Assembly: GCA_964552005.1 (NCBI GenBank)
Contig: CAZKFC010000001.1
Location: 29,983-93,982 of the forward strand
DNA from: an uncultured Methanosarcinales archaeon
GTDB taxonomy: Archaea > Nanobdellota > Nanobdellia > Woesearchaeales > GW2011-AR15
Reading direction: 5' to 3'
DNA length: 64,000 nt
Made by a program: the position numbers and the translations under genes. The notes under the pieces were generated by a model, which worked only from the letters and a program-made list of their open reading frames with translations, made no database searches and was not told the DNA's origin. Shown piece after piece: positions 17,797-26,600 of the stretch; within the stretch, counting starts at the first letter, position 1, and each line of letters starts with the position of its first letter.

Positions 17797-18681
17797 TTAA
17801 TCAAATAAAACTCTATCAATATAAATTAGTTTCCTTTGAATATCTTCCAAAACCTGTTTATACTTTTTATGTTCAATATCAGCATTTCTTTTTAGGTTGT
17901 TGAGCATTGAAATTTTGTCAGAAGATTCTTCAACATAATTTTTCATTGTATCTACGTTAGTTAAAATCTGGCTATAATGATCTGTTCTGATAAACAAAGG
18001 TTTTTTTAAGTTGCGATATTTGAACCTGCCATAACTTTCTGTATCATCTTCAATATCTATTACAGGCAGGTTCAGTAAGTCTTCATTTTCATCTGTTGGT
18101 TCTTCAATCTCTATATTTGAAAAATAAGGGATGTCTGCAGTTGAGGAAGGAACAAAAGTATATGTGCTCTGGTTTTTGTTGTCATATTTTACATTAAGCG
18201 AAGGCATTTTTGGTAAGGTTTCTGGCACTGTAATGTTTTGCTGTGTCTGCATTGTTGTTTTGGTTATAGGCATTTCATCTTTTTTTGTTTGGGAAAACGC
18301 TTCAGATGTTTGAGCATGCCTTGGAATTTTATTTTCAGCCAAATTTGGCTGAGAAAATTGTGGTGATTTTTGCATAAGGGGCGTGGCTGTTTGGTTTGCA
18401 GCCTCTTTTGATGGATGAAGGTCTGGATTTTTATCAGGCGATGCTTGCATAGCTTTATCAGGTGTTTTTTTTGTCTTGTTGGGCGAGGGAGTTTTTTGTA
18501 TTTGCGGCGGCGGAGGTATTATATCATTAGTTTGGGCATTAAGTTTATCTTTATTGTCACTTTGTCCTTTATTTGGTAAAGGCGGTGGCGGCATTTCATC
18601 TAGCTTAGAAGTATTTTCTTTCTTAACATCCTCTTTTTTATTAAAACTTTGAAAAAAACCCATCTTATACTTTAAAAACAC
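17797..18681 (-). CDS. Pro/Gln/Thr-rich, largely disordered protein with a C-terminal domain paralogous to the two downstream genes
   Basis: Residues 1 to about 215 are low complexity (PPPPLP, PPPPQIQKTPSP, many Q/T/K). C-terminus LFIRTDHYSQILTNVD...LEDIQRKLIYIDRVLFD matches the 75-aa protein. Confidence 0.45.
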   Translation of the reverse strand: MFLKYKMGFFQSFNKKEDVKKENTSKLDEMPPPPLPNKGQSDNKDKLNAQTNDIIPPPPQIQKTPSPNKTKKTPDKAMQASPDKNPDLHPSKEAANQTATPLMQKSPQFSQPNLAENKIPRHAQTSEAFSQTKKDEMPITKTTMQTQQNITVPETLPKMPSLNVKYDNKNQSTYTFVPSSTADIPYFSNIEIEEPTDENEDLLNLPVIDIEDDTESYGRFKYRNLKKPLFIRTDHYSQILTNVDTMKNYVEESSDKISMLNNLKRNADIEHKKYKQVLEDIQRKLIYIDRVLFD

Positions 18682-18736
18682 ATAGATTATTAGAGTTTTT
18701 AAAACTTTTTATTTTATGACGGGCGTTGCCAATGAA

Positions 18737-18769
18737 ATGAAACGGACTCGTAAAAGTTCCGGTTTTCAT
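18737..18769. promoter_or_regulatory. Imperfect inverted repeat (atgaaacgga N11 tccggttttcat) in the divergent intergenic region between the coiled-coil triplet and the LTD gene
   Basis: Roughly 10 bp of complementary arms read directly from the sequence. It lies between two divergently transcribed genes. Confidence 0.25.
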
Positions 18770-18814
18770 GAGAGAGGTTTTATAATAATTTTTTCTAATT
18801 ATACGACATGAATA

Positions 18815-20878
18815 ATGAAACGTACAGTTACAGCTTTTATTTTATTATTAGTTATTCCTTTGGTTTACGCAGACATTAATATATCTGAAATCATGTTTAA
18901 TCCAAAAGAGGGAAATGAGTGGGTTGAACTTTTAGTTTCTAATGCAACAAACATATCAGGCTTAACACTTACTGATAACTATTATACGGATGACATAGTT
19001 TGTTGTGATTTTGATTTAAGCTGTGGCCTTATTTTACCTAAAAATACATTTATTGTAATCTTTGACCAAGACACGACATTTAACTTCTCTAACTTAGAAC
19101 ATTTTTACTGTGTTGATGATAATACAATTGGCAATGGGCTAGGCAATTCTAATGATCAAGTTATTGTCTCCAAACAAGGCATTGTGCTGTCAAATCTTAC
19201 ATATACAAAACCAGTTGAGAAAGGCAATTCTTTATCTTTGATAAATGGAACATGGGTAGAAACATCTCCCACACCAGGAAAACCAAACAAGGTAATTGAA
19301 GACATACCTATAAAAATAAATTCCATAGACATTGTTGTTCTAGAAAATCTCCCAATGAATCTTTTTACAGACACACAGTACAATCTATTTAAAATTAAAA
19401 ATCTTGATTATCCAAACATAAATGAAAAAATAGATGTTACTTTTTATTACAATATTTCAAGGTTAATAAATGATTCTTTCAAGCAACTTACAGAGGGCAT
19501 TACAAACCCATCATTAAATTTTTATACGACAAAAAACACAGGACAATTTATATTTAAAGAAGCAGGCAAATATCTTGCGTGCGGGAAGATTTTGAATTCT
19601 ACATTGTTTGATTATAACACAGAAAATAATGTTCTTTGTTTACCTTATAATGTTTTATCATGGCAAAACATTTCATGCAATGTTTCTCTTTCAATAAATA
19701 TAGAAAAGCAGATTTACGTGCCAGGAGAAAAAGTTGGGTTTTATAATAAACTTAGCAATGATAGCTTTCCTTTTAAAATAGAATATTGGGTTGAAGATTT
19801 GTTTGGGAATAAAGTTAAAAACAAAGTCAGCACGTCTAATGAGAATAAGAAAACTTACACACCAAAGCCAGGTAATGCATACTTGCTAAAAAATAAACTT
19901 ACTTGGATAGCCTGCAATAATTTCAATAATAAAACCTCTAATGAAAAATCGTTTGTAGTTAAGGGCCAAATAGATAAATCCTCTAAAATTGAAATAAAAA
20001 AATTATATTCAAACAGAGTTTCTTTTGGCGACCTTGTTAGGATTAAAATTAAAGTATATAAGGGAGACACCACCAAAAACTCTCTGAAAGCATATGTTGA
20101 AAAATCTGGGAAGAGAATTAGTTATACAACCTATTTTAACTTATATGAGAAATTTCATGATTATGAACTTACAATCCCTCTACAATTAAAATCTAACTGC
20201 AATAACAAGTACAAGGCAGCTGATTATTATGTTTATGTTGAGGGACTTGACGAGAAAATTAGAAAAAGAATAATTGTCAAAGGGCATAAAAAAGGGCTCT
20301 GTGGTTCAACTGCTGTAACAAAGGAAGACGCCCCCATAGAAAAGACAACCATTAAATTATATGAACTCCTTAATTATACATTTAATAAAACAAATAAAAA
20401 AATTATTCTCAAATTAAATATTAATAATCCAACAAAACATAACCATACTTATTCGGTTTGGAGCTATATCTATAAAGGCCCTGTTTCTTTTTCAGGGCAT
20501 CGCGAAAAAAACAAAATTAATATTAGTCTTAGCAAAACATCTAAAAAAACCATTATTCTTGAAAATACGCTTTTCAATATTTCTCCCGGAGATTATAAAT
20601 TAAAAATTAAAATTTTAAGAGACGATAGAAAAACACCCTATGAGATTACTGAAAATCTCTATCTTAACGCCAGTTCTTTAAAGGTAAATGAAATCATGGA
20701 AAGAGAACTAGACAATATCATGAAAACAATCCCTGCTACAACTATTTTAAACAAGTCTAATAAAATAACTAGTAATGTTGTTTATGCTTCTTCATCAGAA
20801 AAAGCTAAGACATACACATTATTTTTTTTATTTTTTATTGTGTTTTTAGTGTCTTATGCATGGTACAAGACAAGGTAA
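18815..20878 (+). CDS. Secreted/surface protein with an N-terminal signal peptide, a lamin-tail-domain (LTD)-like beta domain and a C-terminal TM anchor
   Basis: Hydrophobic N-terminus (AFILLLVIPLVYA). INISEIMFNPKEGNEWVELLVSNAT...GLTLTD matches the LTD signature (isEi..NP...ewvEL.N). Many NxS/T sequons. C-terminal hydrophobic helix plus KTR. Confidence 0.6.
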   Translation: MKRTVTAFILLLVIPLVYADINISEIMFNPKEGNEWVELLVSNATNISGLTLTDNYYTDDIVCCDFDLSCGLILPKNTFIVIFDQDTTFNFSNLEHFYCVDDNTIGNGLGNSNDQVIVSKQGIVLSNLTYTKPVEKGNSLSLINGTWVETSPTPGKPNKVIEDIPIKINSIDIVVLENLPMNLFTDTQYNLFKIKNLDYPNINEKIDVTFYYNISRLINDSFKQLTEGITNPSLNFYTTKNTGQFIFKEAGKYLACGKILNSTLFDYNTENNVLCLPYNVLSWQNISCNVSLSINIEKQIYVPGEKVGFYNKLSNDSFPFKIEYWVEDLFGNKVKNKVSTSNENKKTYTPKPGNAYLLKNKLTWIACNNFNNKTSNEKSFVVKGQIDKSSKIEIKKLYSNRVSFGDLVRIKIKVYKGDTTKNSLKAYVEKSGKRISYTTYFNLYEKFHDYELTIPLQLKSNCNNKYKAADYYVYVEGLDEKIRKRIIVKGHKKGLCGSTAVTKEDAPIEKTTIKLYELLNYTFNKTNKKIILKLNINNPTKHNHTYSVWSYIYKGPVSFSGHREKNKINISLSKTSKKTIILENTLFNISPGDYKLKIKILRDDRKTPYEITENLYLNASSLKVNEIMERELDNIMKTIPATTILNKSNKITSNVVYASSSEKAKTYTLFFLFFIVFLVSYAWYKTR

Positions 20879-21322
20879 TTAGTAAAGCTTATGTAGATAA
20901 TCCCGGGCAAACCTTTTTCTGACCTCCCGATCATATTTATAGAAAGTCATGTATTTGTATACGGCAATATCCCTTACAATACCGACAACTTTATTTTCTT
21001 TGTTTATTAGGACCATTCTTGACACTTTATGCTTGTTAAATTCGTCTACTAATCTATTAATCTCTAGGTCTTTGTTTGCTGTTATAATAGGGGAGGACAT
21101 TATGTCATTTGCAAGGGTTTTTTCAGCATCTTTGTTTTTAGACATCTGTCTTAATAACTCGTTGACAGTAATTATTCCTTTTATTGAGTCACCATCTTTC
21201 ACAATAATAGAACCAACATTGTTTGTGTGCATTATTGTTGCAATCTTTGCTAAAGAATCTGTTGATTTGCAGAAGAAAATTTTTTTTCTGGATATGTCAT
21301 AAGCTCTTTTTATGAAAGCCAT
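20879..21322 (-). CDS. CBS-pair domain protein
   Basis: Two CBS motifs (…GSIIVKDGDSIKGIITVNELL… and …SRMVLINKENKVVGIVRDIAV…). Start placed at MAFIKRAYD. The ORF track starts 7 codons upstream. Confidence 0.75.
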   Translation of the reverse strand: MAFIKRAYDISRKKIFFCKSTDSLAKIATIMHTNNVGSIIVKDGDSIKGIITVNELLRQMSKNKDAEKTLANDIMSSPIITANKDLEINRLVDEFNKHKVSRMVLINKENKVVGIVRDIAVYKYMTFYKYDREVRKRFARDYLHKLY

Positions 21323-21369
21323 AATAAAACATCCCCGGGACATTATAAGGGTTTTTGTAATTTATAAAC

Positions 21370-21717
21370 TTATTGTGTGTTTTCAATATACTTATTCAAA
21401 CCTTCTATTTGTCTTAAAGTAGTTTCCTTAAACAAAAATTCTCTAAATCTATCGTTAACTTTAACACCGTTTCTTTCAAAATTTTCTTTAAGTTTAGAAT
21501 AAAGTCTTTTGCCTTCTTTATCAAGATCAGTTAAAATAATCACGTCTTTATACTTTTTAGAAATATTTTCACATAGTTTAAATAATGGCTCTTTAATTGT
21601 AAACACACAGTAAATACTTAATTTTTTGAGAGCTTCTTTATCTTTTTTGCCCTCAACAATAATTGGTTTTTCTGCTGTTTTAAGATTGTCCAGTTCTACT
21701 AATAACTCTTCAGACAT
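21370..21717 (-). CDS. Small Toprim-domain protein (COG1658-like 'small primase-like protein')
   Basis: About 116 aa from the internal MSEELLVELD start. The ORF-track N-extension overlaps the primase gene and is rejected. KPIIVEGKKDKEALKKL...VIILTDLDKEGKRL shows the Toprim acidic motifs E...DxD. Confidence 0.55.
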   Translation of the reverse strand: MSEELLVELDNLKTAEKPIIVEGKKDKEALKKLSIYCVFTIKEPLFKLCENISKKYKDVIILTDLDKEGKRLYSKLKENFERNGVKVNDRFREFLFKETTLRQIEGLNKYIENTQ

Positions 21718-21771
21718 GCAATTTTTAAGAATATAAAACAATATAAATTTATTTATGTTTTTTTTAAAAAC

Positions 21772-23175
21772 ATGGGGGTAAAAGAACTTAGCAAAAGGCT
21801 TCTTTATTATAAAAGGAGAGATGTGCAAAAAGCAATCGTGGATTCTTGCAAAAATCGAGAGGTAGGAATAAAGTACGGTGATAAAGGATTCGGTAAAAGA
21901 CCGGACATACTTGTCTATGAAAATGATGTTCTTGAATCTGTAAAAAAAGGCGCAACAAGTTTTCACATTTCAGAAGAAAGATGGTCAAATCCTATGCTTT
22001 TGTCTACAAATATGAAAAGGGCAGATTTAGATGAGTTAAGGATTGGCTGGGACTTGGTTTTGGATATTGATTGTCCGTACTGGTTTTTTTCAAAGATAAC
22101 AGCACATTTGTTTGTCAAAGCATTAAAAATGCACGGCATTAACTCAGTAAGTTGCAAATTTTCAGGCAACAAAGGTTTTCATATAGGCGTGTTGTTTGAA
22201 ACTTTTCCTGACAAAGTTAATAATATCCCAGTTAACAAATTATTTCCAGAAGGACCTAAAAAAATTGCCCTTTACTTATTACAGTATATTACCAACAATT
22301 TAATAGAGATAAAAGAAAATGGCGAAATCATTTTTGACAAAAAATATAAAACAACAGCTGAAAAAATTTCTCATTTAACTAAGAAAAACCAGGATAAATT
22401 TAGTCCATTGTCAATTGTGGATGTTGACACCTTACTTATATCATCGAGGCACATGTTCAGAGCACCGTATAGTATGCATGAGAAATCCGGTTTAGTGTCT
22501 TTGCCAATCAATCCTAACACAATAATGGCTTTTGAAAAAGAGATGGCACAACCATCAAAGGTTAAGATTCAACATAAGTTTTTAGATAGATCTAACAGTA
22601 AAAAAAACGAAGCATTGGAATTACTTGTTAATGCGTTTGATTATGGAAAAGAAGATTTACAATATAAAAAAATCTATCATGAGGAAACCGCAAAACGAAA
22701 GAGAGTTCAAAGAACATATGACGACTTAACAAAAGCTATTCCGAAAGAACTTTTTCCACCCTGTATTTTAAATATATTAAACGGCTTGGAAGACGGCCGA
22801 AAACGTTCTTTGTTTATATTGACTAATTTCCTCACTTCAGTTGGGTGGGATTATAAAAATACAGAAGAATTGCTTTTAGAATGGAACAAAAAAAATCAAG
22901 AACAACTAAGAGAAGCCCTTATAACAGGCCAAATCAGATACCATAAACAAAAAAAGCAAAAGATTCTTCCGCCAAACTGCAGATCGTATTACCAAGATTT
23001 TGGGGTTTGCTCACCAGATAATTTATGCGAAAAAATTAAGAACCCTGTGCAATATTCAAAAAGGAAAGCATATTATCTAAATAAAACAAAGCCAAAAAGA
23101 CAAAAACTTACAAAAGAACAAAAAGAAATGCGCCGCAAATATCGAGAACTAAAAAAACAAAATGAGAGTTTATAG
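21772..23175 (+). CDS. DNA primase with the catalytic small subunit PriS fused to a PriL C-terminal Fe-S domain in one polypeptide
   Basis: PriS motifs: LVLDIDC (catalytic DxD), FSGNKGFHIGVLF (SGxRGYH-like) and RAPYSMHEKSGLVSLPI. C-terminal region has FPPCILNIL (compare the eukaryotic PriL PPC motif) plus PPNCRSYY...GVCSPDNLC, giving four Cys for a 4Fe-4S cluster. Confidence 0.8.
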   Translation: MGVKELSKRLLYYKRRDVQKAIVDSCKNREVGIKYGDKGFGKRPDILVYENDVLESVKKGATSFHISEERWSNPMLLSTNMKRADLDELRIGWDLVLDIDCPYWFFSKITAHLFVKALKMHGINSVSCKFSGNKGFHIGVLFETFPDKVNNIPVNKLFPEGPKKIALYLLQYITNNLIEIKENGEIIFDKKYKTTAEKISHLTKKNQDKFSPLSIVDVDTLLISSRHMFRAPYSMHEKSGLVSLPINPNTIMAFEKEMAQPSKVKIQHKFLDRSNSKKNEALELLVNAFDYGKEDLQYKKIYHEETAKRKRVQRTYDDLTKAIPKELFPPCILNILNGLEDGRKRSLFILTNFLTSVGWDYKNTEELLLEWNKKNQEQLREALITGQIRYHKQKKQKILPPNCRSYYQDFGVCSPDNLCEKIKNPVQYSKRKAYYLNKTKPKRQKLTKEQKEMRRKYRELKKQNESL

Positions 23176-23953
23176 AAAACCGAAAAAAGGCCAAAACGGA
23201 CGTGTTTTAATTATAGGAGGTAGTAAAGATTATGTGGGAGCGCCTGCTTTTGTTGCAACGGCTGCCTTAAGGACAGGCGTAGATATTGTTACTGTGTGCG
23301 CACCTGAAAAAGTTGCATGGACAATAAATACGTATTCACCGGACATTATCACAAAAAAATTTCTGGGAGATGAACTTAATTTAACGCATTGTAAGGAAAT
23401 CATATCAATGAGCGAAAAATTTGATATTGTTGTTTTGGGTAACGGCCTAGGATTAAAAAAAGAATTTGTCCTGAAATTGTTGAGAGAAATAAAAAAACCG
23501 TTTGTTATAGATGCAGACGCAATAAAAGTAATTACATTAGATGTAGTTTCTAACAGCATTATTACGCCGCATCAGAAAGAATTCGAGATATTGTATAATA
23601 ACACAATAAAGAAACCGCCTTTTGATGAACTTGACAATGAGATTAATATTAAAAATATGCAAAAACACACAGGTAACAATATAATTTTGTTGAAAGGCCC
23701 AACTGATGTAGTATTTACAAAACACAGGCGGCATAACAACAAAACAGGACATAATTCAATGACAGTTGGCGGAACAGGAGATATTTTAGCAGGGATATGT
23801 GCAGGGTACGTAGCACAAACAGGAAATTTATTTGATTCTGCAAAACACGCTGCGCAAATAAACGGCAAGCTTGGCGAATATATGTTTAAACAAAAGGGTT
23901 ATGGATATACGGCACAGGATATGTTATCAGAGCTTTGGAGATTTACAAAATAG
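23162..23953 (+). CDS. ADP-dependent NAD(P)H-hydrate dehydratase (Nnr / YjeF C-terminal domain, ribokinase-like)
   Basis: VLIIGGSKDYVGAPAFVATAALRTGVDIV and GTGDILAGICAG motifs of the YjeF-C family. Confidence 0.8.
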   Translation: MRVYRKPKKGQNGRVLIIGGSKDYVGAPAFVATAALRTGVDIVTVCAPEKVAWTINTYSPDIITKKFLGDELNLTHCKEIISMSEKFDIVVLGNGLGLKKEFVLKLLREIKKPFVIDADAIKVITLDVVSNSIITPHQKEFEILYNNTIKKPPFDELDNEINIKNMQKHTGNNIILLKGPTDVVFTKHRRHNNKTGHNSMTVGGTGDILAGICAGYVAQTGNLFDSAKHAAQINGKLGEYMFKQKGYGYTAQDMLSELWRFTK

Positions 23954-24009
23954 AAAGTATTTATAAATAAATATTTGTTCCTTTTTAAATGAATTTTTGA
24001 AAACGGGGT

Positions 24010-24567
24010 GTGAATTTCATGAGTGAAAAAACAAAAAATATTGAAGTTGTAAATATAGTAGTTAGTACCAGCTTAGAACATGACATTCCTTTGGAAAAGA
24101 TGGCTGCTACTTTGAGCAATACAGAATATAATCCTGAACAATTTCCGGGCCTGGTTATTAGGATAAGGGAGCCAAAGACTTCTGCATTAATCTTTAGCTC
24201 GGGCAAAGTTGTCTGTACAGGTGCCAGGAGCATGGGCAAAGTTGAAGAATCTATTGAAAAGATAATTAAAAGCTTAAAAAAGATAGGTATCGAGATAACA
24301 ATAAAACCTAAAATCAGTATCCAGAACATAGTTGCTAGCGGCAGCGTAGGAATGGACCTTAACCTAAACGTGTTAGCAATGAAGTTAGACAATACTGAGT
24401 ACGAACCGGAACAGTTTCCAGGCCTTGTTTATAAATTAAATGAGGCAAAAGCCACTTTCCTATTATTTAGTAATGGAAAAATTGTTTGTACAGGTACTAA
24501 AAGTGAGCAGGAAGTGCATGATGCGCTTGATAAATTAATAATAAATCTAAAGAAAGTTAGTCAGTAA
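24010..24567 (+). CDS. tbp: TATA-box binding protein
   Basis: Two direct repeats with the TBP signature (EVVNIVVSTSLEHDIPLEKMA...YNPEQFPGLVIRIREPKTSALIFSSGKVVCTGARS, repeated as NIVASGSVGMDLNL...YEPEQFPGLVYKLNEAKATFLLFSNGKIVCTGTKS). Confidence 0.9.
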   Translation: MNFMSEKTKNIEVVNIVVSTSLEHDIPLEKMAATLSNTEYNPEQFPGLVIRIREPKTSALIFSSGKVVCTGARSMGKVEESIEKIIKSLKKIGIEITIKPKISIQNIVASGSVGMDLNLNVLAMKLDNTEYEPEQFPGLVYKLNEAKATFLLFSNGKIVCTGTKSEQEVHDALDKLIINLKKVSQ

Positions 24568-24581
24568 TTTCTATCTGGAAA

Positions 24582-26597
24582 ATGGAACCAACGACCATAA
24601 TCAAGAAGTTTCAAGAATATTTGGAAAAGAATCATAAGACAGAGATAGCTGAAAAAGTACGCAAGGGAGAAAAATTTTTGTTAATAGATTTTAATGTTTT
24701 TTCTATGCACGATCCTGAATTAACAGATGAACTTCTGGATAATCCTGAAGAGGTTATAAAAGCCGGAGAACTTGCTCTTGAACAGTTTGAAGGAGACATC
24801 AAGAATTTCAAGATAAGAATAACTAATTTACCGGATAGCATGGAGATTATGATTAAAGATATCCGTAGCAAGCATATTAACAAGTTTTTGTATGTTAAAG
24901 GCTTGGTTAGACAAAAATCTGATGTGCGCCCGCAGGTTACAAGCGCGAGGTTTGAGTGTCCAAGTTGCGGAAACGTAATTACAGTTTTACAATTAGATTC
25001 AAAATTTAAAGAACCTACTAGGTGTGGTTGTGGTCGGAAAGGAAAGTTTAGATTATTAAGTAAAGAACTTGTTGATGCACAAAAGATTGTTCTTGAAGAA
25101 GCTCCAGAAGATTTAGAAGGGGGCGAACAGCCAAAAAGAATGGATATTTTTCTGAAAAGTGATTTAGTCAGCCCAATGTCAGAAAAACGTACTAATCCGG
25201 GCAGCAAAATAAAAGTTTACGGCGTCTTAAAAGAGGTTCCGTTGCCGGCAAAAGAGGGTGGAAAGCTTACCCGGTTTGATTTACTTATAGAGGCGAATTA
25301 TGTTGAACCGATTGAAGAAGATTTTCTTGAATTACAGATATCTCCTGAAGAGGAGAAAGAGATTAGAAAGCTTGCAGACGATCCTAACATTTATCAAAAA
25401 CTTGTTGCTTCTGTTGCACCCACAATATTTGGTCATGATAAGATTAAGGAGGCCCTTATTCTGCAGACATTTGGAGGTGTAAGGAAAACAAAAAAGGCAG
25501 GCACACCCACAAGAGGAGATATTCATATCTTATTAATAGGTGACCCGGGTGCTGGTAAATCTCAATTGTTGAAAAGGATGGCTCAGGTTGCGCCAAAGGC
25601 ACGTTATGTTTCAGGTAAGGGAGCAACAGGCGCGGGACTTACCGCAACAGTTGTCAAAGACGAATTTATTAGGGGATGGGCTTTAGAGGCGGGCGCGCTT
25701 GTTCTGACTAATAGAGGTCTTTGTTGTATTGATGAACTCGATAAAATGAGTAAAGAGGATAGAAGCGCGATGCATGAAGCTCTAGAACAGCAAACAGTTA
25801 CAATATCAAAGGCGAATATCCAGGCAACCTTAAGATCTGAAACAACAGTGTTGGCAGCAGCCAACCCAAAATTTGGCAGGTTTGATCCATATGAGATATT
25901 GGCAAGACAAATTGACTTACCAAGCACATTAATCAATAGGTTTGACTTGATTTTTCCTATAAAAGATTTGCCAGATGCTGTGCGAGACGAGAAAATGGCA
26001 TCTTTCATTTTAAAGTTGCATAAAGATCAAGAAGAAGTGGAGACAGAGATTAGCACAGAGCTGATGAAAAAATATTTTGCGTATGCAAGGCAAAAAATTG
26101 AGCCAGTATTGACAGATGCGGCAATTGATGAGATTAAAAAATATTATGTTAAAATGAGATCTTCTGGCTCAACTGAAGAAGGCATCCTTAAATCAATACC
26201 CATTTCACCAAGACAATTGGAAGCCTTGTTAAGGCTGTCTGAAGCGTCTGCAAAAATACGTTTGTCAGATAAAGTTTCCAGGAAAGACGCAAAACGTGCT
26301 ATCGAACTAGTACATTATTGCTTGACACAAATCGGTCTTGATCCAGAAACAGGCGAGTTTGATATAGACAGGATATCATCAAGCGTAACAGCATCAGAAA
26401 GAAGTAATATTGTTTTAGTAAGAGAATTGATTAATGAGATTGAGTCAAAAGTTGGAAAGACGGTACCTGTTGAAGACATACTTATAGAAGCAAGCTCAAA
26501 AAACCTAACTGAGGATGTTGTACTGGAAGTAATAGAAAAATTAAAGCGTTCAGGAGACGTTTACGAGCCCAGAAAAGGATTTATCTCTAAAATATAA
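24582..26597 (+). CDS. mcm: MCM replicative helicase
   Basis: Zn-finger CPSCGN...CGCG, Walker A GDPGAGKSQLL, Walker B CCIDELDKM, arginine finger SRFDLIF and a C-terminal wH. 671 aa with no intein. Confidence 0.95.
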   Translation: MEPTTIIKKFQEYLEKNHKTEIAEKVRKGEKFLLIDFNVFSMHDPELTDELLDNPEEVIKAGELALEQFEGDIKNFKIRITNLPDSMEIMIKDIRSKHINKFLYVKGLVRQKSDVRPQVTSARFECPSCGNVITVLQLDSKFKEPTRCGCGRKGKFRLLSKELVDAQKIVLEEAPEDLEGGEQPKRMDIFLKSDLVSPMSEKRTNPGSKIKVYGVLKEVPLPAKEGGKLTRFDLLIEANYVEPIEEDFLELQISPEEEKEIRKLADDPNIYQKLVASVAPTIFGHDKIKEALILQTFGGVRKTKKAGTPTRGDIHILLIGDPGAGKSQLLKRMAQVAPKARYVSGKGATGAGLTATVVKDEFIRGWALEAGALVLTNRGLCCIDELDKMSKEDRSAMHEALEQQTVTISKANIQATLRSETTVLAAANPKFGRFDPYEILARQIDLPSTLINRFDLIFPIKDLPDAVRDEKMASFILKLHKDQEEVETEISTELMKKYFAYARQKIEPVLTDAAIDEIKKYYVKMRSSGSTEEGILKSIPISPRQLEALLRLSEASAKIRLSDKVSRKDAKRAIELVHYCLTQIGLDPETGEFDIDRISSSVTASERSNIVLVRELINEIESKVGKTVPVEDILIEASSKNLTEDVVLEVIEKLKRSGDVYEPRKGFISKI

Positions 26598-26600
26598 AAA

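Noticed and set aside
21772-21966. N-terminal 83 codons of the tracked minus-strand ORF 21370-21966
   Set aside because: The extension overlaps the primase start on the other strand. It has a Cys/Phe-rich non-protein-like composition. The internal MSEELLVELD start leaves a clean 54-bp divergent promoter gap, so only 21370-21717 was kept.
24632-25207. 191-aa ORF on the minus strand inside the MCM gene; similar antisense ORFs at 25604-26008, 60984-61427, 61566-61871 and 62100-62591 inside Cdc48
   Set aside because: They lie wholly antisense to strongly supported, motif-rich genes. Their Ser/Leu/Pro-rich low-complexity translations are typical of frame-shadow ORFs in AT-rich DNA.
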